Shown here: one piece after another, positions 1-9,085 of the stretch
Numbering within the stretch: the stretch's first letter is position 1
How the letters are laid out: each line of letters starts with the position of its first letter
Source of the DNA: Polyangiaceae bacterium
GTDB lineage: Bacteria > Myxococcota_A > Polyangia > Polyangiales > Polyangiaceae
Assembly (NCBI GenBank): GCA_044222475.1
Contig: JBGANF010000006.1
Coordinates: forward strand, 1-64,000
Reading direction: 5' to 3'
Length of the DNA stretch: 64,000 bases
Notes under the pieces: generated by a model
Told to the model about the DNA's origin: nothing
The model's database searches: none
What the model saw: only the letters and a program-made list of their open reading frames with translations
Made by a program: the position numbers and the translations under genes

Positions 1-2
1 GA

Positions 3-998
3 TGGGTCCAGCGCAACATCGCGGCGTTCGGCGGCGATCCCGCGAACGTCACCGTCGCCGGCGAGTCGGCCGGCGCGACGAGCGTGTGCGCGCAGCTCGC
101 GATGCCGGGCTCGAAGGGCCTCTTCGCCCGCGCGGTGATCGAGAGCGGGCTCTGTTCGTCGTCGCGTTATCTCTTCCAGGAGAAGGCGGCGGCCGAAGCC
201 CAAGGCGTTCGCCTCGCGACGGCGCTCGGTTGCCCGACCGACGACACGGCGCTGACGTGCATGCAGTCGAAGACGCAGAACGAGGTCGCGCTGGCGCTTC
301 CGCTCCGAAAGGCGCTCTTCGGTCCGACCGGCGAGACCTACCAGCCCACGATCGACGGCGTCGCGCTCCCGAAGACTCCGCTCGCCGCCGTCCGCGCCGG
401 CGAGTCGGTGAAGGTCCCGGTCATCGTCGGCTCGAACCTCAACGAAGGGCAGCTCTTCGGCGCGCTCTGGGGCAACCCTTTGCCCACGCCGTCGGAGCTC
501 CGCGCCATCCTCGCGCTCATCTTCGACGCGCCGAAGGTCGATGCGATCTCGACGAGGTACGCCGTCGACGTGGACTCGGGGAAGGCCTTCACCGACGCCC
601 TCGGCGACCTCATGACCTGCATGGCGCGCGAGACCGCGCGCGCCACCTCCGACGCGGGCATGCCGACGTACCTCTACCAGTTCGTCTACCCGTATTCGGT
701 CGCCGCGTTCCCCGGGCTCGTGACGACGCACGCGTACGAGCTGCCGTTCGTGTTTCGCAACGGGTTCGCCGGCGCCAAGCTCAACGACGACGACCTGCTC
801 GTGTCGGACGCGCTCGTGGGCTACTGGTTCTCGCTCGCGAAGAGCGGCGATCCCAACGCCACCCGCCTCGCGGGATCGCTCGCGTGGCCCGGTTACGTGA
901 CCGCGAAGGACGAGCACCTGGTGCTCGATCGCACCCAGTCGGTCGGCAAGGCGCTCAAGAGCGAGACGTGCGACTTCTGGGACGGCATCCTGAAGTGA
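3..998 (+). CDS. Type-B carboxylesterase (5' end outside the window)
   Basis: The frame from nt 3 reads WVQRNIAAFGGDPANVTVAGESAG (nucleophile GxSxG). It also has GSNLNEG (catalytic Glu) and THAYELPFVF (catalytic His). Confidence 0.93.
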   Translation, partial: WVQRNIAAFGGDPANVTVAGESAGATSVCAQLAMPGSKGLFARAVIESGLCSSSRYLFQEKAAAEAQGVRLATALGCPTDDTALTCMQSKTQNEVALALPLRKALFGPTGETYQPTIDGVALPKTPLAAVRAGESVKVPVIVGSNLNEGQLFGALWGNPLPTPSELRAILALIFDAPKVDAISTRYAVDVDSGKAFTDALGDLMTCMARETARATSDAGMPTYLYQFVYPYSVAAFPGLVTTHAYELPFVFRNGFAGAKLNDDDLLVSDALVGYWFSLAKSGDPNATRLAGSLAWPGYVTAKDEHLVLDRTQSVGKALKSETCDFWDGILK

Positions 999-1002
999 GG
1001 CG

Positions 1003-1497
1003 ATGCGCGAGCTCGCCATCATCTACGCGGTCGCGAGGAACGGAGTCATCGGGCGCGGCGGCCAGCTGCCGTGGAGCTACCCCGAGGATCGCGCGCGGTA
1101 CGAGGACCTGACCCGCGGCCACGCCGTGATCATGGGGCGGCGAACGTTCGAAGAGCAGGGCGTGCCCTTGCCCGGGCGGCACAACGTCGTCGTGTCGAAG
1201 ACGTTCGTCGCGCCGGACGGGGTCGACGTCGCGCCCGATCTCGATGCCGCGCTCGAGCTCGCGTACCGCGTCGACCCGTCGCCGTTCGTGATCGGCGGCG
1301 CGAGGCTCTTCGAGTCGGCCATGCCGCGGGTGACCCGGGTCTTCGTCACCGAGATCCCCGAGTCGCCGGAGGGCGACACGACGTTTCGGCTCGACGAGGC
1401 GCCGTTTCGCGAGGTCTCTCGCGAGACGACCACGAGCGGTTTGGTCTTTCGCGTCTTGCAACGTGACTCCGGCGTGCGCATCCAAGAGGGACCATGA
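1003..1497 (+). CDS. folA: Dihydrofolate reductase
   Basis: Motifs NGVIG..GQLPW, VIMGRRTF, PLPGRHNVVVS, FVIGGA and EGDTTF. Confidence 0.93.
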   Translation: MRELAIIYAVARNGVIGRGGQLPWSYPEDRARYEDLTRGHAVIMGRRTFEEQGVPLPGRHNVVVSKTFVAPDGVDVAPDLDAALELAYRVDPSPFVIGGARLFESAMPRVTRVFVTEIPESPEGDTTFRLDEAPFREVSRETTTSGLVFRVLQRDSGVRIQEGP

Positions 1498-2090
1498 TCG
1501 ATCTCTATGCGTGGGGAACTCCGAACGGAAAGAAGATCCCGATTTTCCTCGAGGAGGCTGGCGTCCCGTACACGCTCCACAAGGTCGACATCGGCAAGGG
1601 CGAGCAGCACACGCCCGAGTACCTCGCGAAGAACCCGAACGGGAAGATCCCGGCGCTCGTCGATGGGGACGTACCGGTGACGGTGTTCGAGTCGGGCGCG
1701 ATCCTGGTGTACCTCGCGGAGAAGTTCGACAAGTTCATCCCGAAGGATCCGCAGGGTCGCGCGAGCGCGATGGCGTGGCTCATGTTCCAGATGAGCGCGA
1801 TCGGTCCGATGATGGGGCAGCTCGGGTTCTTCCGGCAGCAGAAGAACGAGCCGGCGATCGAGCGCTTCCACACCGAGGTGAAGCGATTGCTCGGCGTGCT
1901 GGAGACGCAGCTCGGGAAGCACGAGTACCTGGCCGGCGAGTACTCCATCGCCGACATGGCGACTTACCCGTGGGTCGCGGCGCACGGGTACCTTCGGCTC
2001 GACATGGCGCCGTATCCGCACGTGACGGCCTGGCTCGAGCGGGTCGGCGCACGGCCGGCGGTGAAGAAGGCGCTCGCGCTCTGGAGCTAG
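1494..2090 (+). CDS. Glutathione S-transferase, YfcG/YghU-like
   Basis: MIDLY..TPNGKK, NPNGKIPA, FESGAIL and YSIADMA. ATGA overlap with the folA stop. Confidence 0.92.
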   Translation: MIDLYAWGTPNGKKIPIFLEEAGVPYTLHKVDIGKGEQHTPEYLAKNPNGKIPALVDGDVPVTVFESGAILVYLAEKFDKFIPKDPQGRASAMAWLMFQMSAIGPMMGQLGFFRQQKNEPAIERFHTEVKRLLGVLETQLGKHEYLAGEYSIADMATYPWVAAHGYLRLDMAPYPHVTAWLERVGARPAVKKALALWS

Positions 2091-3490
2091 GGCGCCGGCG
2101 CGGGGCGCTCGCTCACGCGTGACAGCAGCGGGCTCACGGCGGCGAAGAGCGAGGGGTACGGCTTGAGGGCGTTCACGTAGACGGCGAGCCGGCCGGCGCG
2201 CGACGTCTCGGGGTCGTCCCCGTAAGGTACCGGCGCGCCGTCCGACGGGAGCAGCGCTTCGAGCCACGCGCGGAGGACCTGCGGCAGCTCCGTGGCGGTG
2301 CATTGCGACAGCGTCTTCGCTGCGGCGGCGGGATCGGGGGCGACGGCGAAGTACGTCACGAGGCGCATCACGTCGCGCGGTCGCCCGCTGCGCGCGACGA
2401 TGTCGGCGAAGACGGCGCTGGCGTAGGGGTGACTGGCGATCTCGAGCATCTCGCCGCCGATGGCGTTGATCGCCGGCTCGCCGCCGCGCGTGACGAACAG
2501 CCACGCGCGGGGCGGGGTGATGCTCCCGCGCTCGAGGCCGCCCGCGAGGTCGCGTACCGTTTTGGGATCGGTCCAGTCGGTCGGGTGGAAGCTCGGTCGC
2601 GGTGCGTCGCCGTGCTCGAGGTTGACCTCGCCAGGGCTCGCCGCGAGGATCAACGTCCCGCTCTTGCCGAGGAGGCCGAAGACGTCGGCGACGAGCTTGT
2701 CGAGTCGGAGCTCGTCGGCACCGTCATCGATGCGGGCGAGCGCCGAGGCGACGGCGCGCGCGTCTTTCTGGGCGATGCGGTCGAGCGACTCGCGGTCGAG
2801 CGCGACCATCCGCCGTGCCTTCGGCGCGAGCTCCGCCTCGAGCGCGCGCGGGTGGAGCGGCTGCGGTGACGCCTGGAGGAGCGAGACGCCGAGATCCGAT
2901 CGGTCCAGCCTACGGCTGGCCTCCCAGAGCTTGTTCGCCGGGAATGGGCCGAGGCTCGCGCGCGTCGCGAGACGGACGCAGCACTCGAAGAGCGCAGCGC
3001 GCGGATCGGACTCGGCGAGGCGCGTGTCGAAGCGGGCCGCGCCGCGGCGGACGTCCTCGAGGATGGCGCCGATGTCCTCCAGGGAGCGGAGGAGGATCTG
3101 GCGGTTGGTGCTGACCGCGAAGGACTCCGAAATGGACGCGTCCCAATCGGGAGCGATCGCGACGGCGTAGGCGAGCGTCGCGAGGGTGACGTCACTCGCG
3201 ACGAGCGGTCCCTCCGTCGCGGCGACGCGCGCGTGGCGCGCGATGGCGATCTTCGCGCGCTCGAGCGCGCGGAGGTTGCCGCCGAGCGCGTCGGCGAGGA
3301 CGGCGTCGAAGGTGAAGACCACGCTGCCGCGGGCGCCGGGTGCGCTCAGATCGCGCTCGTCGCGAGCGATGCGCACGCGGGCGAGGAGGCGGGCCGACGG
3401 AACCCCGTCGAAGAGGGCGCGGGCGAGCGAGAGATCCGCGAGCAGCAGCTCGAGCGAACCTTCCGTGGCAAAAGGAGCGGAGATGCTCAC
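2087..3490 (-). CDS. Hypothetical protein
   Basis: 467-aa ORF with genome-typical codon bias. It fills the gap between GST and cobB. No family recognised. Confidence 0.75.
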   Translation of the reverse strand: MSISAPFATEGSLELLLADLSLARALFDGVPSARLLARVRIARDERDLSAPGARGSVVFTFDAVLADALGGNLRALERAKIAIARHARVAATEGPLVASDVTLATLAYAVAIAPDWDASISESFAVSTNRQILLRSLEDIGAILEDVRRGAARFDTRLAESDPRAALFECCVRLATRASLGPFPANKLWEASRRLDRSDLGVSLLQASPQPLHPRALEAELAPKARRMVALDRESLDRIAQKDARAVASALARIDDGADELRLDKLVADVFGLLGKSGTLILAASPGEVNLEHGDAPRPSFHPTDWTDPKTVRDLAGGLERGSITPPRAWLFVTRGGEPAINAIGGEMLEIASHPYASAVFADIVARSGRPRDVMRLVTYFAVAPDPAAAAKTLSQCTATELPQVLRAWLEALLPSDGAPVPYGDDPETSRAGRLAVYVNALKPYPSLFAAVSPLLSRVSERPAPAP

Positions 3491-3531
3491 TAAGGAGCAA
3501 GCTTACACCGGATCGGGCGTAGCATCGAAGG

Positions 3532-4257
3532 ATGGCCATCGCGATCGGGCCTGAGACCCGGGTTTTCGTGCTCACCGGAGCGGGAATCAGCGCCGAGAGT
3601 GGGATTCGCACCTTTCGCGACAGCGGCGGGATGTGGGAGCAGTACCGCTTCGAAGAGGTCGCGTCTCCGGAAGGGTGGGAGAGGGACGCCGAGCTCGTGT
3701 GGCGCTTCTACTCGGAGCGGCGCGCGCAAGCGGCGACCTGCGAGCCGAACGCCGCGCATCGCGCGCTCGCGGAGATCGAGGCTCGACTGGGCGATCGGTT
3801 CTACCTGTGCACGCAGAACGTCGATCCGCTGCACGAGCGGGGCGGCTCGAAGCGCGTCGTCCACATGCACGGCGAGCTGATGAAGACGCGGTGCGAGAAC
3901 TCTCCCGAGTCGTGCGCGACCGCGCCGTTCGCGGACGAGAAGCTCTACCGCACCGCCGCCGAGATCACGCGGTGCGCGTGCGGTGGACGGCATCGGCCGC
4001 ACATCTGCTGGTTCGGCGAGGTGCCCTACGCGATGGACGACATCGCGAAGGAGATCGGCCGCTGCGACGTGTTCGTCACGATCGGATCGTCCGGCGCGGT
4101 GTATCCCGCCGCGGGCCTGGTGCGCGCGGTCGCGTCGCGTCGCGGGACGAGGACGTACTACGTCGGTCCGGAGAAGCCGGAGAACTCCGCGGCGTTCGAC
4201 GAGTGCCTCCTCGGCAAGGCGACCGAGGTGGTGCCGGCGATGTTCCAGCTGACGTGA
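3532..4257 (+). CDS. cobB: Sir2-family NAD-dependent deacylase
   Basis: TGAGISAESGIRTFR, TQNVD, HG, Zn-binding Cys residues, RPHICWFGE and GSSGAVYPAA. Confidence 0.95.
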   Translation: MAIAIGPETRVFVLTGAGISAESGIRTFRDSGGMWEQYRFEEVASPEGWERDAELVWRFYSERRAQAATCEPNAAHRALAEIEARLGDRFYLCTQNVDPLHERGGSKRVVHMHGELMKTRCENSPESCATAPFADEKLYRTAAEITRCACGGRHRPHICWFGEVPYAMDDIAKEIGRCDVFVTIGSSGAVYPAAGLVRAVASRRGTRTYYVGPEKPENSAAFDECLLGKATEVVPAMFQLT

Positions 4258-4258
4258 G

Positions 4259-6643
4259 TCACCAGCAGACGAGCGAGATCTTCGCCCCTGCGACGGGGAC
4301 GCCGCTCGCCGAGTACACGAGCCGCTGCCCGCAGGTTGCGCCGGCCGCGGCGCCGGTCACGTAACACCAGCCGGGATCGGCGATGCCTTCGCATGTACCA
4401 TTTTGGTACTTCGACGGGGCGATCTGGGTCAGCTCGCACGCCGGCCCGACGTCGGCCGCGGTGGCCTTGGGATCCTGCGACTTCAGCTCCGCGAGCTGGG
4501 TGTCGCGCAGGTGCTTCAGCACGTCTGGGGCGGGCTGCTTCAGGCCCTTGTTCGGGTCGCACACGGTGTTCTGGTCCTGCCCCGGTGCGAACGACACGAG
4601 GACGGCGCACGGGACGGTGCCGTCGGCGGTCGGGGTGAGCGGTTGCGACAAGCACTGAGCGCCGAGGACGTCTCGCATGCGATCGACGACCGCGGCGACG
4701 GCCGGGCGGTAGCCGTAGTCGGGGGCGTTCTGGTCGGCGACGTTGCGTGCGCAGAGCGAGCTGACGATGCCGCGACCGGCCATGCCCTTGGCCACGCGAA
4801 GCTCGCGGATGGTCGGGTACGCCTTGGCGCGGACCTGCGTCGTGCCGTTGCAGAGCGGCGAGTCGTTCGCGGTCGCGCAGTCGCAGGCCTTCGCGTTCTG
4901 AGGCAGCGTGCAGTCCTTCGGCGCGGGCAGCGGGAACGTGCAGGCGTATTGCAGGTCGAGGCCCGCCGCCGCGGTGGTGGTGTCCCACTCGCGCCCGTGG
5001 ATCGGGTCGGCGCCGTTGCCGGAGCTCGGCGGCGGAAGTCCGCTCCGCGGGGCGACCGACTCGATCATGTGCGGGTCGATGCCGGCGGTTTGGAACGTCG
5101 CTGGATCCTTGCCGAGGATCTTCACCCAGTCGCTGTCCGCGAGCGAGGGCTTGAAGTTGCTCTGCACGTCGTTCGGATCGTCGACGAGGAGCTGCCACGG
5201 GACGCCGCCGAGGACGGCGAAGAACACGAGGTCGGGCGTGCGCGGTCCGACCTTGAGGTTGCAGAGCGCAACGGCGCTGGTGTCGCTGCCGTCGGGAAGG
5301 TCACGCGCGAAGAGCGGGTTCGTGCAGTTCTTGGTGCCGAGGTAGGCGCCAGCGCCTCCCTTGTGCTCGCCCTCGCGGTTCGGGATCTTGAGGGTGGTGA
5401 GACCGTCGATGTAGCGCTGCACCGGGAACTGCGGATCGAAGCCGTACTTGCGCTTCATGTCGTTCGTGTAGCGAACGTTCAGGTTGTCTTCCGCTGGGGT
5501 GTAGAAGCCCACGCAGCTCGCACCGCAGGACTTGAGGCACTCGGGGTCGGACGCGATCGGCGTGTTGTCCGGCTTGTTGCCCTGGAAACCGCACGAGGTG
5601 CAGCTCGGGTTGTTCGGGCCGGTCTTCGTCGGGTTGTTGACGTCGATCGGCTCGTTGCACTCGCTGGTGCCGCGCGGCATCGTGCCGGGCTGCTTCTGTT
5701 GGGTCGATGGGAAATTCTGAGTCCTCGTGACCCAGCCACGACCGCCGAGCGCGAGTGGGTCGCTCCAGCTGTCCTCTTCGTCGGTCAGCATGATGACGGC
5801 GACGAGCGAGTCTTCGCGGAGGAAGTCCTTGCGCTGCTTGAGGAGCTTCGCGTCGACACCGTCGAGCGCGACGGCTGCCGCACCGCCCGCAGACTTGGGG
5901 ATGGTGTCCCACGGGTCCGGCTGGACGAGGAAGCGGTACCAAGACTCGAGCTGGGCTTCGAGACCGCAGCCGTACTCCTGCCCACCGACGACGAGCGTCT
6001 GGAAGTCCGTGACGAGTGTCGGCACGTCCGGCTCGGGCGCGACGTTCGGAGCGGGCTTGCCCTGGTTCTTCGGCTCCGAGGCGGGCAGCCACGCGAGGAA
6101 GTTCCCGCCATTGCCGTCCTTCGGCTTCGCGTTCCCGACGGTGCCTTCCGGTCCGCCGTTCGGTTTGACGCGGTTGATCAGCTCGCCCTTGTCGTTGTCG
6201 TGGCGAGTGATGCCGGCCGGCACCGCGTCGGACCCGTCGCAGACGTCGGGCGATCCGCCGCCGCCGAGCGACGAGGTGACGATGCCGATGTGGAGGTCGT
6301 GCACCGGCTGGAACTCCAGTTTGAACCCGTCGGGGCAGGTGCCGTTGGTGGCCTTCTGCTTGATCTTCGGATCGTCGCGCTTCACGCAGTCCGGCGAGAG
6401 GAGCCGGCGGATGAGGCCGGGGACCGCGTCGGCGAAGAGGGCCTGCTTGTCGGCCATCGACGCGGAGTTGTCGATGGCGAACAAGAGGTCGACCTTGTCG
6501 ATCCCTTGTTCGTTCAGCGTGACCGGTGGGCGCAGAATCCGCGGCTCCTGCTGGACCACCGGAGTCGACTGACAGCCAACGACGATGGCGCCGAGCGCCG
6601 CGAGAGCCAACCCGAGTTGGCGATTCGCCCCCATGGACCACAT
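4259..6643 (-). CDS. Cys-rich VWA-domain lipoprotein of myxobacterial type
   Basis: Lipobox IVVGC, MIDAS-like KVDLLFAIDNSASM, VIMLTDEED and many cysteines. Confidence 0.8.
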   Translation of the reverse strand: MWSMGANRQLGLALAALGAIVVGCQSTPVVQQEPRILRPPVTLNEQGIDKVDLLFAIDNSASMADKQALFADAVPGLIRRLLSPDCVKRDDPKIKQKATNGTCPDGFKLEFQPVHDLHIGIVTSSLGGGGSPDVCDGSDAVPAGITRHDNDKGELINRVKPNGGPEGTVGNAKPKDGNGGNFLAWLPASEPKNQGKPAPNVAPEPDVPTLVTDFQTLVVGGQEYGCGLEAQLESWYRFLVQPDPWDTIPKSAGGAAAVALDGVDAKLLKQRKDFLREDSLVAVIMLTDEEDSWSDPLALGGRGWVTRTQNFPSTQQKQPGTMPRGTSECNEPIDVNNPTKTGPNNPSCTSCGFQGNKPDNTPIASDPECLKSCGASCVGFYTPAEDNLNVRYTNDMKRKYGFDPQFPVQRYIDGLTTLKIPNREGEHKGGAGAYLGTKNCTNPLFARDLPDGSDTSAVALCNLKVGPRTPDLVFFAVLGGVPWQLLVDDPNDVQSNFKPSLADSDWVKILGKDPATFQTAGIDPHMIESVAPRSGLPPPSSGNGADPIHGREWDTTTAAAGLDLQYACTFPLPAPKDCTLPQNAKACDCATANDSPLCNGTTQVRAKAYPTIRELRVAKGMAGRGIVSSLCARNVADQNAPDYGYRPAVAAVVDRMRDVLGAQCLSQPLTPTADGTVPCAVLVSFAPGQDQNTVCDPNKGLKQPAPDVLKHLRDTQLAELKSQDPKATAADVGPACELTQIAPSKYQNGTCEGIADPGWCYVTGAAAGATCGQRLVYSASGVPVAGAKISLVCW

Positions 6644-6680
6644 CTCATGAGGCTACTGCATTCCCCGTGCCGTGCCTCCA

Positions 6681-9065
6681 CTATGGCCGGCTCGGATCGA
6701 ATCGCGGTCGCAGTCCCTCGAAGAGCGCCAGGAAGTCGCGATCCACGAGCGGCGTGCCCTTCGCCCACGCGGTCGGGCGGAAGGGCAGGGCCGACTCGAA
6801 CATGATCCAGACCGAGTCGTCTGGGAGGCGCACCGGACCTTCGGCCTTCTCCTCGGGCATGTCGAACACGGCGTCGTAGGTCGCCGTCGAGACGCCGTGA
6901 CCGGTGAGCAGCGGCGTGAGGAACGTGCAACCGGGATCGTAGCCGTGCTGCGGCTTCGGCGTCTTCACGACGCCGTTGATCTCGCTCGCCGCGTTGCGGT
7001 GCATGAAGGGCGGCCGGAAGCTGTGCTCGAGCACGTCCCACCGGCCGGGGAACACGACGAAGTCGGCGATCGCGCGGCCGTGATCGTCCAGCGGCGCGGT
7101 GAGGACGGTGAGGATCGAGGGATCGGGGTGATCGAACTTCACCGAGCCCATGGGGCTGAACAGCGAGAGGTCGTAGGAGAACGGCACGTGCGCGCCGTGC
7201 CACGCGACGACGTCGAACGGGGAGTGCGACTGCATGGCGGCGAAGAGCTTGCCGCCGAGCTTGGTCACGAGCTGGAACCCCGTCGGGCACGTGCGATCTT
7301 CGTACGATGCGGTCGGCGCGAGGAAGTGCCGCGCATCGGCGAGCCCGTTCGATCCGATCAGCCCGCGCTCCGGGAGGCGAAAGCGCGCTCCGAACACCTC
7401 GAGCATCCAGCCGCGGCCTTCGCCTTCGCCGAACCCGATCGCGAACTTGATGCCTCGCGGGATGACCGCGATCGAGCCCGGCGGCACACGGAGCCAACCG
7501 AGCTCGGTGCGGCACTCGAGCGTGCCCGCCTGCGGCACGAGGAGTACGTCGCCGTCGGCGCTGGAGAACGCGCGATCGATCATGTCCGCGTTCGCGGCGT
7601 AGAGGTGCACCAGGTACCCCGGGCCGCACGTGGCATCGCCGGCGCCGCCGAGGGTCGCGAGGCCGTCGACGAAGTCGACGCGCGCGGGCGCCGCCGGGAT
7701 CGGCATGGGCCGCCACCGCGTGCGGTTCGGGATTGCGGCCTCGAGCGGAGAGAGGAACGCGCTCTCCGGGAGCGGGACGAGCTCGCCGTGCGAGAACGAC
7801 GCACGGATGCGGTACATCCACACGCGCGAGTTCTCCGCGTTGCGCACGGTGAACGGCGTACCGTTCACGAGCTCGGGGAAGAGCCCGTACGGGCTGAGCC
7901 GCGGTGCGTTCTGCGTCGGGGGCAGCGCGCCTGGCAGTGCCTCGGACGAGTGGGTTCCGCCGAAGCCCGACTGCGTCGCGAGCTGCGCCGGACCGCGGAG
8001 CGTCGCCGAAGGCGCGGGGGAAGGGGAGCCGGCCCAGGCCTCTTCGAGCAGGCGGGTCAGCGAGTCGTGCCCCCCTTTGGCCATCGCTTCGACGACGCGC
8101 GGGATGCCGTCACGACTCATCCCAAGTTGGGACAAGCTGGTGGGTACGCCGGTGACCTGCGCGAGCCGAGCGAGCCCCGCGATCGGGTCGGTCACGCCGA
8201 GCGCCCGACCGATGGCACGCATGGCGCGAGGCGCGGCCTCGCGCTGAAAGCGGACGACGTGCGGCAGCATCGCCGCGTGCGTCGCCGCGTGCGGCAGACC
8301 GAACGAGCCGCCGAGCACGTGGCAGAGCTTGTGGTGCAGCCCCGAGCCGGAGTCGGCGAACGCCGCGCCCGCGAGGTACGCGCCTTCCATCGCGTCCTCG
8401 CGCGCCGCCCCGTCGTCCATGTTCGCGGCGAGGCGGACCATGCTGGCCGCCAGCAGGCGCACCGCTTCCTCGGCCACGCCGTGCGTCGCGCGATCCGACT
8501 CGTTCACCCACAGCGCTTCGACTGCGTGCGCCATGGCGTTCCACAGGCTCGGCATCGCGACGTCGCGCGGGAGGCCCGCGGTTCGCTCGGGATCGTAGAC
8601 GACGAGCACCGGGCGCACGCGCTCGTCGCGCCCGGTGCGCTTCTCGCCGCCGCCGGTCCCGAGACCTTCGGTGATGCCGTAGATCGCCGTCATCTCGGAC
8701 CCGGAGTACGTCGTGGGGACGGCGACGATCCGAACGCTCGAGTCGAGGGCCAGCGCCTTCGCCAGGCCGATCGCCGATCCGCCGCCGAGCGCGACGACGA
8801 AGTCGGCTCCGGCTGCATCGAGCGCGCGACGGGCTGCCTTCACCGTCTCGATGGGTACGTGCTCGCGCGCGTCCGCGAAGATCCCGCCCGACAGCCCGCC
8901 GAGGCGTTCGGCCATGCGCGCGGCGTCCTTCGCGCGGCCTGGCGTGCACACCACGAGGACCTTGGTGGCCCCCAGCGCGACGAGCTCGGGGAGCAGGTCA
9001 CCGGACGTTCCGGCTCCGAACACGATCCTCGCGGCGCCGCGCCGAACCGAAAACTGACGTCCCAT
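6681..9065 (-). CDS. Fusion: N-terminal maleylacetate reductase-like Fe-ADH domain plus C-terminal homogentisate 1,2-dioxygenase (HmgA) domain
   Basis: N-half has GGGSAIG, PTTYSGSE, NAMAHAVEA and LHHKLCHVLGG..LPH. C-half has SGFG..HSSEALPGALP..QNAP, WMYRIR, FDHPDPSILTVLT, RPPFMHRN..SE and GHG. No stop between the halves. Start taken at ATG 9065. Confidence 0.9.
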   Translation of the reverse strand: MGRQFSVRRGAARIVFGAGTSGDLLPELVALGATKVLVVCTPGRAKDAARMAERLGGLSGGIFADAREHVPIETVKAARRALDAAGADFVVALGGGSAIGLAKALALDSSVRIVAVPTTYSGSEMTAIYGITEGLGTGGGEKRTGRDERVRPVLVVYDPERTAGLPRDVAMPSLWNAMAHAVEALWVNESDRATHGVAEEAVRLLAASMVRLAANMDDGAAREDAMEGAYLAGAAFADSGSGLHHKLCHVLGGSFGLPHAATHAAMLPHVVRFQREAAPRAMRAIGRALGVTDPIAGLARLAQVTGVPTSLSQLGMSRDGIPRVVEAMAKGGHDSLTRLLEEAWAGSPSPAPSATLRGPAQLATQSGFGGTHSSEALPGALPPTQNAPRLSPYGLFPELVNGTPFTVRNAENSRVWMYRIRASFSHGELVPLPESAFLSPLEAAIPNRTRWRPMPIPAAPARVDFVDGLATLGGAGDATCGPGYLVHLYAANADMIDRAFSSADGDVLLVPQAGTLECRTELGWLRVPPGSIAVIPRGIKFAIGFGEGEGRGWMLEVFGARFRLPERGLIGSNGLADARHFLAPTASYEDRTCPTGFQLVTKLGGKLFAAMQSHSPFDVVAWHGAHVPFSYDLSLFSPMGSVKFDHPDPSILTVLTAPLDDHGRAIADFVVFPGRWDVLEHSFRPPFMHRNAASEINGVVKTPKPQHGYDPGCTFLTPLLTGHGVSTATYDAVFDMPEEKAEGPVRLPDDSVWIMFESALPFRPTAWAKGTPLVDRDFLALFEGLRPRFDPSRP

Positions 9066-9085
9066 GCGGTGCCACGATACTTTAG

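Noticed and set aside
1494..2090. GST as the maleylacetoacetate isomerase partner of the HmgA fusion
   Set aside because: It has the TPNG motif of the YfcG/YghU class rather than the zeta-class SS(C/A) motif, and it is in a different operon.
3532..4257. Sir2 protein as an anti-phage NADase (Thoeris or DSR type)
   Set aside because: It has the Zn-binding module and length of a housekeeping CobB deacylase, and no defence partner genes are nearby.
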